DNA of 64,000 nt, taken from the NCBI GenBank assembly GCA_963705525.1, contig CAVPJW010000007.1:184355-248354 (forward strand). The letters are read 5' to 3'. Below, piece after piece: positions 17,319 through 26,767 of the stretch; within the stretch, counting starts at the first letter, position 1; each line of letters starts with the position of its first letter. Source of the stretch: an uncultured Acidobacteriota bacterium. Its GTDB lineage: Bacteria; Acidobacteriota; Vicinamibacteria; Vicinamibacterales; CAVPJW01. The notes below the pieces were generated by a model, which worked only from the letters and a program-made list of their open reading frames with translations, was not told the DNA's origin and made no database searches. The position numbers were made by a program, and so were the translations under genes.

Positions 17319-17747
17319 ATGGAAGTCTCAGAGATTCGACGACGCCTTCGGCAGGTCATCGAAGGCGCCAAACGGGCGGACGCGGAGAAACGAGTTCGTT
17401 CGGACGCCGCCGCGAAAGCCTACGAGGCCTTTCTGCCGCGCACGGCCCTGCCGGTGTTCCGCACGCTCGCCAGCGCGCTCACCGCAGAGGGTTTGCCATT
17501 CCGCGTTTCCAACCCGGCGGCGAGCATCCGGCTGGCCTCGGAGCACGCGCCCGAGGACTTCGTCGAACTGGAGCTCGACGCGTCGGGCCCGCTGCCGCAA
17601 GTCATCGGGCGAACCAACCGGCGACGCGGAAGCCGCGTCGAGCGCACGGAGCGCCCTATTCGAGAAGCGACAGCGGTCGCCGACCTCACCGACGAAGATG
17701 TGCTGGCGTTCGCACTGAGCGCGCTCACCGACCTGCTCGAGAGATAG
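17319..17747 (+). CDS. Hypothetical protein (142 aa)
   Basis: An ORF with plausible composition and an ATG start 19 nt after the upstream stop. I recognise no motif. Confidence 0.4.
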   Translation: MEVSEIRRRLRQVIEGAKRADAEKRVRSDAAAKAYEAFLPRTALPVFRTLASALTAEGLPFRVSNPAASIRLASEHAPEDFVELELDASGPLPQVIGRTNRRRGSRVERTERPIREATAVADLTDEDVLAFALSALTDLLER

Positions 17748-17774
17748 GTGCCGCGGTGAAGGGACTGAATCGTT

Positions 17775-18215
17775 CTACGCAGATTCCGGCTGAATCTGGT
17801 AGATGCGAACGAGCTCGACAAGCTTGTACCCTCGCGTCTGGTAAGGTGGAATGATCCGCTCGGTGCGGAGATACTGCAGCATCGTCCCATCCGAGTAGTC
17901 CGGCGCTCCGATTTCGTCTTGTGATGAGAGCGTGCGTTCGAGATCCGCGAGCGACATCGACGCCTCCTGCACGGGACGCGTGGCCGGCAGAAACCCGAAG
18001 CGGCGGAAACCCTGGTGTCGAGTCCGCATGTCGAAGCCCACGTAGATCTCGTTGCTGATGAAGTTGTAGTCGGCCTCGGCGCGCGTGGCAGGTGCATCTT
18101 CCACACGAAGAAACCTGATCCCCGACACCGCCTTCAGTGTGTCGATGAGCTTCTGGGTGAACTCACCCTCACCAGACCAGCCAGCCGATTCGAACGTCAT
18201 GGCGCTCTCGACCAT
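17775..18215 (-). CDS. Hypothetical protein (146 aa), co-oriented directly downstream of ubiE
   Basis: An ORF with normal amino-acid composition. It begins 15 nt after the ubiE stop. I recognise no motif. Confidence 0.45.
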   Translation of the reverse strand: MVESAMTFESAGWSGEGEFTQKLIDTLKAVSGIRFLRVEDAPATRAEADYNFISNEIYVGFDMRTRHQGFRRFGFLPATRPVQEASMSLADLERTLSSQDEIGAPDYSDGTMLQYLRTERIIPPYQTRGYKLVELVRIYQIQPESA

Positions 18216-18229
18216 ACTGGCAAAGGACG

Positions 18230-18955
18230 TCAGCCCACCCGACCAGCAGGTTTCTTCGCCGTGTGAATTGCCATCAGTCCTCCAAGGACGGGCGTGTGTT
18301 CGACCTCGATCAGGCCCGCGTCGCGCATCAACCGGGCCACACCCGCGGCGCCCGGATATCTTCGGATCGACTCCGGTATGTAGCGGTACGTGTCGGGATC
18401 CCCGTGAAGCACGAGGCCCGCGGCCGATCCGACGATGGTCAGATACCCAAGATACACCGCCCGAATGAACCCGTTCGCGGGGCGATTGAAGTCAAGCGAG
18501 AGGATCCGCCCGCCCGGGCGCAGCACGCGCACGATCTCGCCGATGGCCGCCTCGAGACCCGGCACGTTTCGCAACCCATAACCGGTCGTGACGAGATCGA
18601 ATGATCGGTCGGCGACGGGGAGCGCCATCATGTCACCAACCACGAACGAAGGCGGATCCTCGGTCCGCTTTCTTCTCGCCAGTGAAATCATGCGAGGAGT
18701 AATGTCGAGTCCGACCACCGCGGCGCCGGCGGCCCGAACGGCATATGCCAGATCGCCCGTGCCGCAGGCGAGGTCGAGGGCACGCTCGGAGGGCCCGGGA
18801 CGAGCCAGCTCGACGAGTCGCTGCTTCCAGCGGCGATCCTGGCCGTAGGACAGACATACGGTGATGAGGTCGTAGCGGTTGGCAATGGTGGCGAACAGCC
18901 GACGAACGTACCGGCTCTTCTCTTCGGGAGTGGCGAGCGCTTGCTCGAGGGACAT
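18230..18955 (-). CDS. ubiE: Demethylmenaquinone/ubiquinone C-methyltransferase (UbiE/MenG)
   Basis: FATIANRYDLITVCLSYGQDRRWKQ (the hallmark UbiE N-terminal motif), the SAM motif LDLACGTGDL, and GYGLRNV. Confidence 0.85.
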   Translation of the reverse strand: MSLEQALATPEEKSRYVRRLFATIANRYDLITVCLSYGQDRRWKQRLVELARPGPSERALDLACGTGDLAYAVRAAGAAVVGLDITPRMISLARRKRTEDPPSFVVGDMMALPVADRSFDLVTTGYGLRNVPGLEAAIGEIVRVLRPGGRILSLDFNRPANGFIRAVYLGYLTIVGSAAGLVLHGDPDTYRYIPESIRRYPGAAGVARLMRDAGLIEVEHTPVLGGLMAIHTAKKPAGRVG

Positions 18956-19076
18956 CAGACCCGCTTCCGCCGATCATCATACCCGTCCAGGCCGCTCCAC
19001 CGGTTTCAGGAAACCTGCGACGAATCCGAGGTTTGTACAAGCTTGCTACAATCCATTCGCGTTGCTGGCATTCGGC

Positions 19077-19914
19077 ATGGTCTCAAGTCGCGCCCTCAGG
19101 GGATTGGCGGCAACATCGTTCGTTTCTCCTCGCCGCGAACGTCGGAGCGCAATCGCCGACCTCAAATGGCACGCCCGCGCAACGCCCGTTCGAGCTCGTG
19201 GACAATTCGTTCTTCGTCGAGGAGGCCTTCAATCAGGAACCGGGAGTTGTTCAGAACATCTTCGGTTTCTCTGCAGGCGAAGACGGGTGGGCTGCCATTT
19301 TCACGCAAGAGTGGCCGGTCTCGACGGTCAAGCACCAGCTGTCGTATACGATTCCCTTTTCGGGGATCAATAACAGCGGCGGCCTGAATGACGTGCTCAT
19401 CAACTATCGCTATCAGGCCTTGACGGAGGGACCCGGACAACCGGCGTTCGCTCCGCGGCTGAGCGTGATTCTTCCAAGCGGCGACGAAGCCAGCGGCCGG
19501 GGCAAGGGCTCGTGGGGACTGCAAGCCAATCTGCCATTCAGCAAGCAGGTTCAAGATTTCTACTTTCACTGGAACGCCGGGCTGACGTGGTTTCCGGGCA
19601 CGACGGATTGGCCGGACGGCGCCGAACGATCGCTCACGATGCCGTCCCTGGCCGGCAGCGTCATCTGGCAAATGACGCCGATGGCGCATGCCATGTTCGA
19701 AGCATTCACGCTGTTCAGGCAGCCCGCAGAGAAAGCCATCGGAACCGAGCGGGAGACGGTGGTCATCCTCTCGCCCGGCGTGAGGGTCGGGAAAAACTTC
19801 GGCGCCAAACAACTGGTGCTGGGTCTGGCCGTCCCCTTCACGTGGAACATCGGCGAGGACCCATCGAGCACGGCGGTTCTGGCCTACTTGTCGTACGAGC
19901 TGCCGTTCCGGTAG
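19077..19914 (+). CDS. Outer-membrane beta-barrel protein (MetA-pathway/transporter-like) with an apparent 1-nt frameshift inside the signal peptide
   Basis: The body is ORF 19033..19914, with alternating beta-strand patterns and a C-terminal ...LSYELPFR. It has no signal peptide in its own frame. The ATG at 19077 in the -1 frame encodes MVSSRALRGLAATSFV, which joins to LLAANVGAQSP if one T of the run at 19123-19125 is removed. Confidence 0.55.
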
Positions 19915-20379
19915 CTAGCGGCCCCTGTGCGCGGCCCCCGCGTCACTGCTGCGATCGGACTTCGCCGTCAAGGCCTGCTGCCCGCGGTACGACGCAAACG
20001 ACGACGGAGTCTCCCATACTCGCACTTCAACCACGGGGAATCCGTTCTGGCGGGTGAAGTCGAAGATCAGCTGGGCAATCTGTTCGACAGTCGGATTGCT
20101 CGAGACGAGGAACACCGGCTCGCCCAGCTGCTGGAGAGGCTTCACGAGCGGATCGTCGTGGCGCAGGATCATCTTGTGGTCCAGCTCCCGATCGATCCAG
20201 CCTTTCACGACCCGCTTGATGTCGCTGAAATCACAGACCATGTTCCGATCGTCAAGTGCGCCCGTCTCGACTTCGATTTCCGCCACCGCATTGTGCCCGT
20301 GCGGATGCTTGCAAATGCCGTCATAATCGAGCAGCCGATGCCCGTAGCAGAACTCGATGCGCTTGGTGACTGAATACAT
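19915..20379 (-). CDS. queD: 6-carboxy-5,6,7,8-tetrahydropterin synthase (QueD/PTPS family)
   Basis: This is the internal ATG of ORF 19915..20448. MYSVTKRIEFCYGHRLLDY...CKHPHGHN carries the Zn/His and Cys motifs of QueD. It is divergent from queC. Confidence 0.8.
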   Translation of the reverse strand: MYSVTKRIEFCYGHRLLDYDGICKHPHGHNAVAEIEVETGALDDRNMVCDFSDIKRVVKGWIDRELDHKMILRHDDPLVKPLQQLGEPVFLVSSNPTVEQIAQLIFDFTRQNGFPVVEVRVWETPSSFASYRGQQALTAKSDRSSDAGAAHRGR

Positions 20380-20418
20380 AGAGACCTCGAGGATTCGGAT
20401 TCCGCGGGCCGACGTCTC

Positions 20419-21126
20419 ATGGTAGCTGAAGAATTCCAGGATGACCAAACCGTCGCCGTGCTTCTCTCAGGAGGCCTCGACAGCGTCGTCCTGGCCGCGG
20501 ACCAGCTGCGGAGGAGTCGTGTTCAACCCGTCTATGTCAGCGTCGGGCTGGCCTGGGAATCCGAGGAGCTGCGCATGCTCGAGCGCCTGCTCGCGGCGCC
20601 GCCCCTTCGCAACGGAATGTTTCCACTCGCAAAGCTCGAGCTCACGATGCGCGACGTGTACTCGTCGACGCACTGGGCCATTCGAGGCACGCCGCCCGCG
20701 TACGACACACCTGACGAAGATGTCTATCTGGTCGGTCGGAATGTGGTCTTGCTTGCCAAAGGCGGCGTCTATTGCGCCGCGCGGCGGATCCACCGGATCG
20801 CGATGGGACCGCTCGCCGGGAATCCATTTCCAGACGCGACGCCGGAGTTCTTCGCTGGCTTTGCGCGCGCGCTGTCTCTGGGCCTCGCGCACGAACTGAC
20901 GATTCTCACGCCGTTCGTGCACATGCACAAGTCCGAGGTGGTCGCGCTCGGCCACGCGCTCGGCGTGCCATTCGAGCTGACCATGTCCTGCAACAACCCG
21001 AGCGGCGGCATGCACTGCGGCCTTTGCAGCAAGTGCAGGGAGCGAAGGGATGCGTTCGATGAGGCGAGAGTCAGCGACCCGACGCACTACGCGAATCCGT
21101 CACCGCGCGAACCACGCCGGGCCTGA
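20419..21126 (+). CDS. queC: 7-cyano-7-deazaguanine synthase
   Basis: VAVLLSGGLDSVV (PP-loop) and the C-terminal Zn cluster SCNNPSGGMHCGLCSKCRERRDAF. Confidence 0.85.
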   Translation: MVAEEFQDDQTVAVLLSGGLDSVVLAADQLRRSRVQPVYVSVGLAWESEELRMLERLLAAPPLRNGMFPLAKLELTMRDVYSSTHWAIRGTPPAYDTPDEDVYLVGRNVVLLAKGGVYCAARRIHRIAMGPLAGNPFPDATPEFFAGFARALSLGLAHELTILTPFVHMHKSEVVALGHALGVPFELTMSCNNPSGGMHCGLCSKCRERRDAFDEARVSDPTHYANPSPREPRRA

Positions 21127-21143
21127 CGCACACTGAAGAGATC

Positions 21144-22052
21144 TTATCCGCGGCGCAGACGCACCGAACCGTCCGACGTTCTGATCCTGAAGTTGCGACC
21201 GCCGCTGCCGAGCGTGCCCCGCAACGAGTCCTTCGAGATCGGACCGGTCGTCACGATGTTCAGGTTGTCGGCCTGCACACTCCCGTCAGAGGTGTGCACG
21301 TCGAACTCCGCCGAAAAATCAGCCGGCACATCGACATCGACACTGCCATCGCCGGTCGAGATGTCCCAATCCTCTGTCATCTTGCTGCCCGTATCCGCTC
21401 GAACGGTGATGTGACCGTCGGACGTCCGGGCACGAAGCGTCGCCAGCGTCCCAACGACGGTAATGGCGCCATCGCCGCTCTCGACTTCGACATCGCCCCG
21501 GATGTCACGCAACTCCATCGATCCATCCGAGGTATGCGCAACGATCGGCCCGGAAACGTCATTGGCTTCAATGGAGCCATCGCTCGTCCGGAGCTCAACA
21601 CGCCCTTCAATCCGTCGCACTGCAATCGCACCGTCGGATGTGCGGGCGATGACGTCCGTCTGCCGCGGCACCGATGCAACGAGTCTCACGGACTTCGACA
21701 GGTGCCAGCCAACCTGGACGACGCCTTCGCCGCGGGGCGGCTGCTTGGCCTCGACTGTGATGCGATTGCCGGCCTGATCAACGCCGACCTTGATGGCATC
21801 GGCCTGATCCTTGTTGCCCGCCCGGCGTTCGATGACGACCTGCACGTCGGGCCGATCCCACGACACCACCTCAATTGCCCCGTCGAACGTAGTCAGGTTC
21901 AGCTCCGGCCGGCCGTCCACCTTGAACTGCCGTTCCTCCCGGGTGGTATAGCCTTCCGCATCCAGGTCAATCGAGCAGCCTATACCGGCCAGCGCGCCGA
22001 TGACGACCCAACCGCAGACGGCGACAGATGTCTTGAACATAAGCCCTCGCAA
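21144..22052 (-). CDS. DUF4097 beta-strand-repeat protein (putative adhesin fold), lipoprotein-like
   Basis: Signal MFKTSVAVCGWVVIGALAGIGCS, with repeated TSDG[SA]I..... units (TSDGAIAVRR, TSDGSIEAND, TSDGSMELRD, SGDGAITVVG, TSDGHITVRA, TSDGSVQADN, TSDGSVRLRR). Confidence 0.75.
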   Translation of the reverse strand: MRGLMFKTSVAVCGWVVIGALAGIGCSIDLDAEGYTTREERQFKVDGRPELNLTTFDGAIEVVSWDRPDVQVVIERRAGNKDQADAIKVGVDQAGNRITVEAKQPPRGEGVVQVGWHLSKSVRLVASVPRQTDVIARTSDGAIAVRRIEGRVELRTSDGSIEANDVSGPIVAHTSDGSMELRDIRGDVEVESGDGAITVVGTLATLRARTSDGHITVRADTGSKMTEDWDISTGDGSVDVDVPADFSAEFDVHTSDGSVQADNLNIVTTGPISKDSLRGTLGSGGRNFRIRTSDGSVRLRRG

Positions 22053-22102
22053 GAAAAGTATACGGGGCCGCGGCGGTGAAGGTTCCCTCGGAGCCGCCTC
22101 GG

Positions 22103-23293
22103 CTAGCGAGCCGAGAAGGCGAGGTGCCCCCCTACATAGGTCTGCACGACCTCAAGGCTCCGATTGAGAACCGTGAGGTCGGCGACCGCGCCGGGCTCGA
22201 TAACCCCGACCCCTTCGAGTCCCATTTCAGATGCCGGCGTCGTCGAGCACATCCTCGCCGCGTCCACGAGCGGCAGTCCGACCGTTTCGACCAGCACCTT
22301 CAGCACGCGATCCATCGTCTGTGTGCTGCCGGCGAGCGTGCCGTCTTCCAGGTAGGCCGCGCGATCGCCCGTGACGATGGTGTGCTCTCCCAGACGCGCC
22401 CTCGAGCCGACCGGGAGTCCGGACGCCGCGGTTCCATCCGTAATCGCCATGACGCGCCGCGACGTTTTGGCATCGATCGCGAGACGCATCACCGCCGGAT
22501 GAACATGAACGCCATCGCAAATCAACTCCGCCGCGACAGTGTCGTCCACCAGGACGGCGCCTGCGAGCCCTGGTTCGCGGTGATGCACGGGAGGCATCCT
22601 GTTGAACAGGTGCGTCGCGTGTCGAGCTCCTGCCGCGATGGCCTCCCGGCTTTGATCGAAGGTCGCGCCGGAGTGTCCGAGCGACACGCGAATGCCTGTG
22701 CGCGCCAAGCGACGGACGAGATCGATGCCACCGCGAAGTTCCGGCGCAAGCGTGACGATGCCGACGTCGGCCGACGACGATTCGATCCGCTCGAGAATCG
22801 GCCCGGCGCTGATGCCGTCGACATTGGACGGCTCGAGATGGCCGGGATTCGGCGGCAGGCAAAGACATCGGAGCGGTTGCGCCCCGCGGAAATCGGGATT
22901 GATAAAGTTGCTCTCCAGGTGCGCGGGCAGCACACGCGCGGATCCGCTCTCCTGATCGCGGCGCGCGTTCCCCGTCGCATCGAGGACGCCGCGGAGTGCA
23001 TCGGCCTCGCACGCAATCGTCGTCGGACAGAATGCCGTCACGCCGTAGCGCGGGAGTCGTTGGGCGATGCGACGAATGGCGTCCTGGCCGTTCATCGCAT
23101 CAGTCCCGTCAACACCATGCACGTGCACGTCGACGAAACCCGGAACGATGACGTGATTCCGCAAGTCCACCCGGCTCGCATCCTTCGATGAGCCGGGCTC
23201 GACGGCCACGATGCGGCCGCCATCGATGACCAGGGTCCCCGATGTCAGGATCCGGTCGCCGAGGACGATGTCAGCACCGGCAAGCAGTGTCAT
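22103..23293 (-). CDS. nagA: N-acetylglucosamine-6-phosphate deacetylase
   Basis: VIVPGFVDVHVHGVDG (the HxH metal site), VSLGHSGAT, THLFNRM and DGVHVHP are typical NagA amidohydrolase motifs. Confidence 0.85.
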   Translation of the reverse strand: MTLLAGADIVLGDRILTSGTLVIDGGRIVAVEPGSSKDASRVDLRNHVIVPGFVDVHVHGVDGTDAMNGQDAIRRIAQRLPRYGVTAFCPTTIACEADALRGVLDATGNARRDQESGSARVLPAHLESNFINPDFRGAQPLRCLCLPPNPGHLEPSNVDGISAGPILERIESSSADVGIVTLAPELRGGIDLVRRLARTGIRVSLGHSGATFDQSREAIAAGARHATHLFNRMPPVHHREPGLAGAVLVDDTVAAELICDGVHVHPAVMRLAIDAKTSRRVMAITDGTAASGLPVGSRARLGEHTIVTGDRAAYLEDGTLAGSTQTMDRVLKVLVETVGLPLVDAARMCSTTPASEMGLEGVGVIEPGAVADLTVLNRSLEVVQTYVGGHLAFSAR

Positions 23294-23751
23294 TGAGCGG
23301 GGTCGTGCGAATCGATCGTGCCCACCCAGTCCACCTGCGCGTGGAGTTTGCGACCGCGCAGCGGGAGCGGCGTGACCAGCCGATCGGTCCCTTCACTCGT
23401 GATCGAGAAGAGCGATCCTGCGACGCGCCGCAGGAGTTTGGTGAGCGCCCGTTCGTCGGGGGCGCTCACGACAAGGACACCGTCGGTCTCCGCCGGCGGG
23501 AATCGCCGGTCGTCCAGATAGTCCCGGTCGAGTGTCACGAGTGTGCGGTGCAGGCGCCGGGCCAGACGAAAATGCTCCACGTCGGGCGCGCGCCGCAGGT
23601 CGTCTTCTTCGAGGACGAAGAAGACGTCCCACTCCAGGCGCTGCCGCATGAACTGCACGACGCCCGCAGGAACGTTGGCGTCGGCGTAGATGCGAGGCGC
23701 AGCCGAGGGCTGATCGAGAAACGGCTCGAGTTCCGAGGAGAACGTTCGCAT
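23290..23751 (-). CDS. DUF5615-like (Mut7-C/PIN-like) protein
   Basis: RIYADANVPAGVVQFMRQRL.WDVFFV...D.....PDVEHFRLARRLHRTLVTLDRDY matches the F/YADENVP...D....D.E......R.L.T.D.DF pattern of DUF5615. It overlaps the nagA start by 4 nt (ATGA). Confidence 0.5.
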   Translation of the reverse strand: MRTFSSELEPFLDQPSAAPRIYADANVPAGVVQFMRQRLEWDVFFVLEEDDLRRAPDVEHFRLARRLHRTLVTLDRDYLDDRRFPPAETDGVLVVSAPDERALTKLLRRVAGSLFSITSEGTDRLVTPLPLRGRKLHAQVDWVGTIDSHDPAQ

Positions 23752-23798
23752 CGAGTGGATGCTCGAGGCGGCCGGATGGCGACACCAGTCCGCGCGTG

Positions 23799-24944
23799 TT
23801 ACTTCGGCACGTTGGCGGGCTCGCCCTCGGTCGCCGTCCGTGCCACCTTTGCCTGGCGCTTGAGGTCGGCCACAAGCTCCTCACGCCGGTGCACGAGCTC
23901 CTTGCGCGGCCGACGTCCGTACTTCGAGCCGACCGCATATTCACAGAAGAGAGGAAACGCGATCGTTGAATCGCAGTACGCCACGACCGTGTCCGGCAGC
24001 ACCCCCGGATTGACCTTGCCCCAGCTGACCGCCTCGGCCGGTGTCGCGCCCGACAGCCCGCCCCAGACGACCTGATCCGTGGTCATCTGGATGAAGTAAT
24101 CGTTTCCGCCTTTCGGAATGCCGTACACCTCCCAGAGCGTCGGCTGTCCCTGGAGGTAGAAGTTCTTCGGCGACCCGCCGCCCAGAATGACGCAGCCATT
24201 CTGCTGGCCGGCCAGCACCATCGCACAGACCTCGTTGACATCGAGATTGGGATCGATCATCAGCCGGCTGTCATTCATCAGCTCGTGATACGCCACGTTC
24301 ATCCCGATCGAACTGTCGCCGGGCGACGACGTGTAGATGGGAACGCCTGACTTGGCCGCCTGCGCGACGACCGAGTACTCCACGCACCCCGGATTCCTGC
24401 GAATCAGGTCCCGTCCGAGGCGATAGTGCAGATCGGCCGACGACACCGGGCAATCGATGCCCTCGCGAACGAGAAAGTCGCGGACGTACTTGTCCGTCTC
24501 GAGCAGCACCGTGGCCGGAAAGAGCACGTCGTAGATGCGAATGATCCCCTGTTCGTAGAGCTCGATATCGTTGACAAACGGTGACCCGCGAGTCAGCGTG
24601 AAATTGAGCGCGTAGTGCAGATCGTGATAGAGATTCGCTCCTGTGCTGATGATGAAATCGATGAGCCCGCGCTCCATCAACTCGACGATGCAGCCGCCGA
24701 GTCCGGCGGGCGTCATGGCGCCGGCTACCGTCAGAGCAATGGTGGTGTTGTTGTCCGGATGAAGCATCTTGTCGGAAAAAATCCGACACGCCTCAGACAA
24801 CCGTGCTGCGTTGAACGCCTGGAACCCGTCATCGATCAGACTGCGAACCTCAGCGCTTCCGCGCGGGCGGTAGTAGCGGATGGCCTTGCCCGACAGGTAG
24901 TTCTTCTGGGCCTTTTCAGGAGCACCAGGAGCGCGGTGCGGCAC
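23799..24944 (-). CDS. Deoxyhypusine synthase-like protein (DHS/homospermidine synthase family)
   Basis: FNAARLSEACRIF, TIALTVAGAMTPAGLGG, DFIISTGANLYHDLHYAL and VILGGGSPKNF fit the DHS-like NAD-binding fold pattern. Confidence 0.75.
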   Translation of the reverse strand: MPHRAPGAPEKAQKNYLSGKAIRYYRPRGSAEVRSLIDDGFQAFNAARLSEACRIFSDKMLHPDNNTTIALTVAGAMTPAGLGGCIVELMERGLIDFIISTGANLYHDLHYALNFTLTRGSPFVNDIELYEQGIIRIYDVLFPATVLLETDKYVRDFLVREGIDCPVSSADLHYRLGRDLIRRNPGCVEYSVVAQAAKSGVPIYTSSPGDSSIGMNVAYHELMNDSRLMIDPNLDVNEVCAMVLAGQQNGCVILGGGSPKNFYLQGQPTLWEVYGIPKGGNDYFIQMTTDQVVWGGLSGATPAEAVSWGKVNPGVLPDTVVAYCDSTIAFPLFCEYAVGSKYGRRPRKELVHRREELVADLKRQAKVARTATEGEPANVPK

Positions 24945-25135
24945 GGCAAACCTCCGAAAGTCTTGAGCCGAGCGTTTGGCCTAGCTTAACACCAGCTCCG
25001 TGGGTTCCGGGCGACGAGGCGCCTCCGAGACGCCGATGCCGCCGACGGCCCGGAGCCGGGCCTCAGGCTGTCGAGCCCCCCCGACCGTGCCGATATGTAG
25101 AGTGCCAGTTCCGGCGTATCGATCCCGGTGCAAAG

Positions 25136-26497
25136 GTGGATGAACTGACCTTCAACGCGAGACGATCGGCTGCCGCAGCCGCTCGGACGATGCCCACGTT
25201 GGACGACCCCGAGACGCGTTTTCGCTCGCTCGTTCAATCACCGCTCCGCGCTGGCATTCTCCGCTATCTGAGCGCCCGTCCCGAGGAATCGTTCGACGTT
25301 GACTCGCTGATGCAGACGTTCGGGCGCCTCCGGCTCGACGTCGAGAACTGCGTTCGAGAGCTGGCGGATTTCGGCGTCGCCGCCGTCGTCGCCGGCCCCG
25401 TCGAGCGATACACCGCCGCCAGGCCTGACGATGACGCGCTCGCCACGCACCTGGACAGCTTCCTCGAGCGCCGGGCGATGGTCAGCACCGAGGATCAATC
25501 GCCTTCAGTTCAGCGCTTCCGGGAGATGATCGGCCGCGACGAGAAGATGTTGATCGTCTTCGAGTGGATTCGGACGGCCGCCAAATCGGACATTTCCGTC
25601 CTCATCCTCGGACCGACCGGCTCGGGCAAGGAAGTCGTCGCACGGATGATCCACGAGCTGAGCCGTCGAAGCGTGCAGAAGTTCCAGGCCGTCAACTGCG
25701 CGGCTCTTCCCGATACCCTTTTTGAATCAGAGCTCTTCGGCTACGAAAAAGGGGCCTTCACGGGGGCGCACGACCGGAAGCCCGGGCGCATCGAGCTCGC
25801 CACGGGAGGCACACTCTTCCTCGATGAAATCGGGGATCTTTCGATCGTGGCGCAAGCGAAGCTCCTCAGAGTCCTCGAAGAGCGGCGCTTCGAGCGGCTG
25901 GGCGGGAACAAGTCGATTCACGTCGATTTCCGCCTGATTTCTGCGACGAACCGGCCGCTCGACCTCTTCGTGCGCGACAGCCGATTCCGCGAGGATCTCT
26001 ACTACCGGATCAACGCGTTCTCGATTCGGCTGCCGTCGCTCCGGGAACGTCAGGTTGACATTCCGGTGCTGGCGCAGCGATTCCTCGCGCGATACTGCGC
26101 CGCCAACGGCCTTCCGCTCGACTCGAAGTCTTTCTCGAAGGAAGCGCTGGATCTGCTGTCCACCTATCACTGGCCCGGCAACATCCGCGAGCTCGAGAGC
26201 ACGGTCTCGCGCTCGGCGCTCTCGGCACCGGGGCGATCGATCCGCGCGGCGGATATCGAGTTCCTCCATGCCGTGCAGCCTGCGGAATCGTCCACCGAGC
26301 GCCTGCCCTCGCTCCGCGAAACCGAACGGTCGCATATCGTGCGGATCCTCGAAGCCGTCCGCTGGAACAAGAAAGAAGCCGCCAAAGTGCTCGGCATCAG
26401 CCGCGGGACGCTCTACCGAAAGATTGGCGAGTTCGGACTCGAGCCCCAGGTGCGTGCGGCGTCGCGCAGCCGTTCCAGCCGCAGCGCGGCCCGCTAG
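25136..26497 (+). CDS. Sigma-54-dependent transcriptional activator (bEBP) with a non-receiver N-terminal domain
   Basis: AAA+ core: VLILGPTGSGKEVVAR (Walker A), ESELFGYEKGAFTGA (the GAFTGA loop), GGTLFLDEIGDL (Walker B), and a C-terminal Fis-type HTH (WNKKEAAKVLGISRGTLYRKI). The N-terminal 150 aa have no phospho-acceptor pattern. LRAGILRYLSARPEESF looks wHTH-like. Confidence 0.88.
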   Translation: MDELTFNARRSAAAAARTMPTLDDPETRFRSLVQSPLRAGILRYLSARPEESFDVDSLMQTFGRLRLDVENCVRELADFGVAAVVAGPVERYTAARPDDDALATHLDSFLERRAMVSTEDQSPSVQRFREMIGRDEKMLIVFEWIRTAAKSDISVLILGPTGSGKEVVARMIHELSRRSVQKFQAVNCAALPDTLFESELFGYEKGAFTGAHDRKPGRIELATGGTLFLDEIGDLSIVAQAKLLRVLEERRFERLGGNKSIHVDFRLISATNRPLDLFVRDSRFREDLYYRINAFSIRLPSLRERQVDIPVLAQRFLARYCAANGLPLDSKSFSKEALDLLSTYHWPGNIRELESTVSRSALSAPGRSIRAADIEFLHAVQPAESSTERLPSLRETERSHIVRILEAVRWNKKEAAKVLGISRGTLYRKIGEFGLEPQVRAASRSRSSRSAAR

Positions 26498-26751
26498 CGT
26501 CTCTCCTTCAACCCGTTCAGCTTTTCCCGGTTCGGCATGGTCCACAGTCTCATTCCAGTACGGCCTGATAAGCCAGTCCCAAGTACCTGACGGCGCATCG
26601 AGTTAGAGATCAAACTCGTCGGCGTGTGTTCCAGTCTGACACGTCACAGATGTGCACAATCTGACGGCGACGCCGGGTCGCCGGCAGAACCTGCACCGTA
26701 AACCACTGCCGAATCAGCGGTTCCCTGACGTGATCCATTTTGAGTACGGGA

Positions 26752-26767
26752 GGGCCTCAGCCTTGCA
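26752..26767 (+). promoter_or_regulatory. Candidate sigma-54 (-24/-12) promoter gGGCct-N5-TTGCA
   Basis: gGGCCTCAGCCTTGCA has the GG (26753-54) and GC (26765-66) at the canonical spacing and a perfect TTGCA -12 element. It lies about 95 nt upstream of the HD-GYP gene start and downstream of the bEBP gene. Confidence 0.4.

Noticed and set aside
20380-20418. A possible preQ1 riboswitch upstream of queC or queD.
   Set aside because: Only 39 nt separate the divergent start codons. I could not see the preQ1-I/II hairpin plus A-rich tail pattern.
19915-21126. Linking queD/queC with the DGQHR (DndB/DpdB-like) gene as a dpd-type 7-deazaguanine DNA-modification system.
   Set aside because: The genes are 26 kb apart, separated by many unrelated operons. 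No DpdA/TGT-like, DpdC or helicase genes are present. queCD alone is explained by ordinary queuosine biosynthesis.
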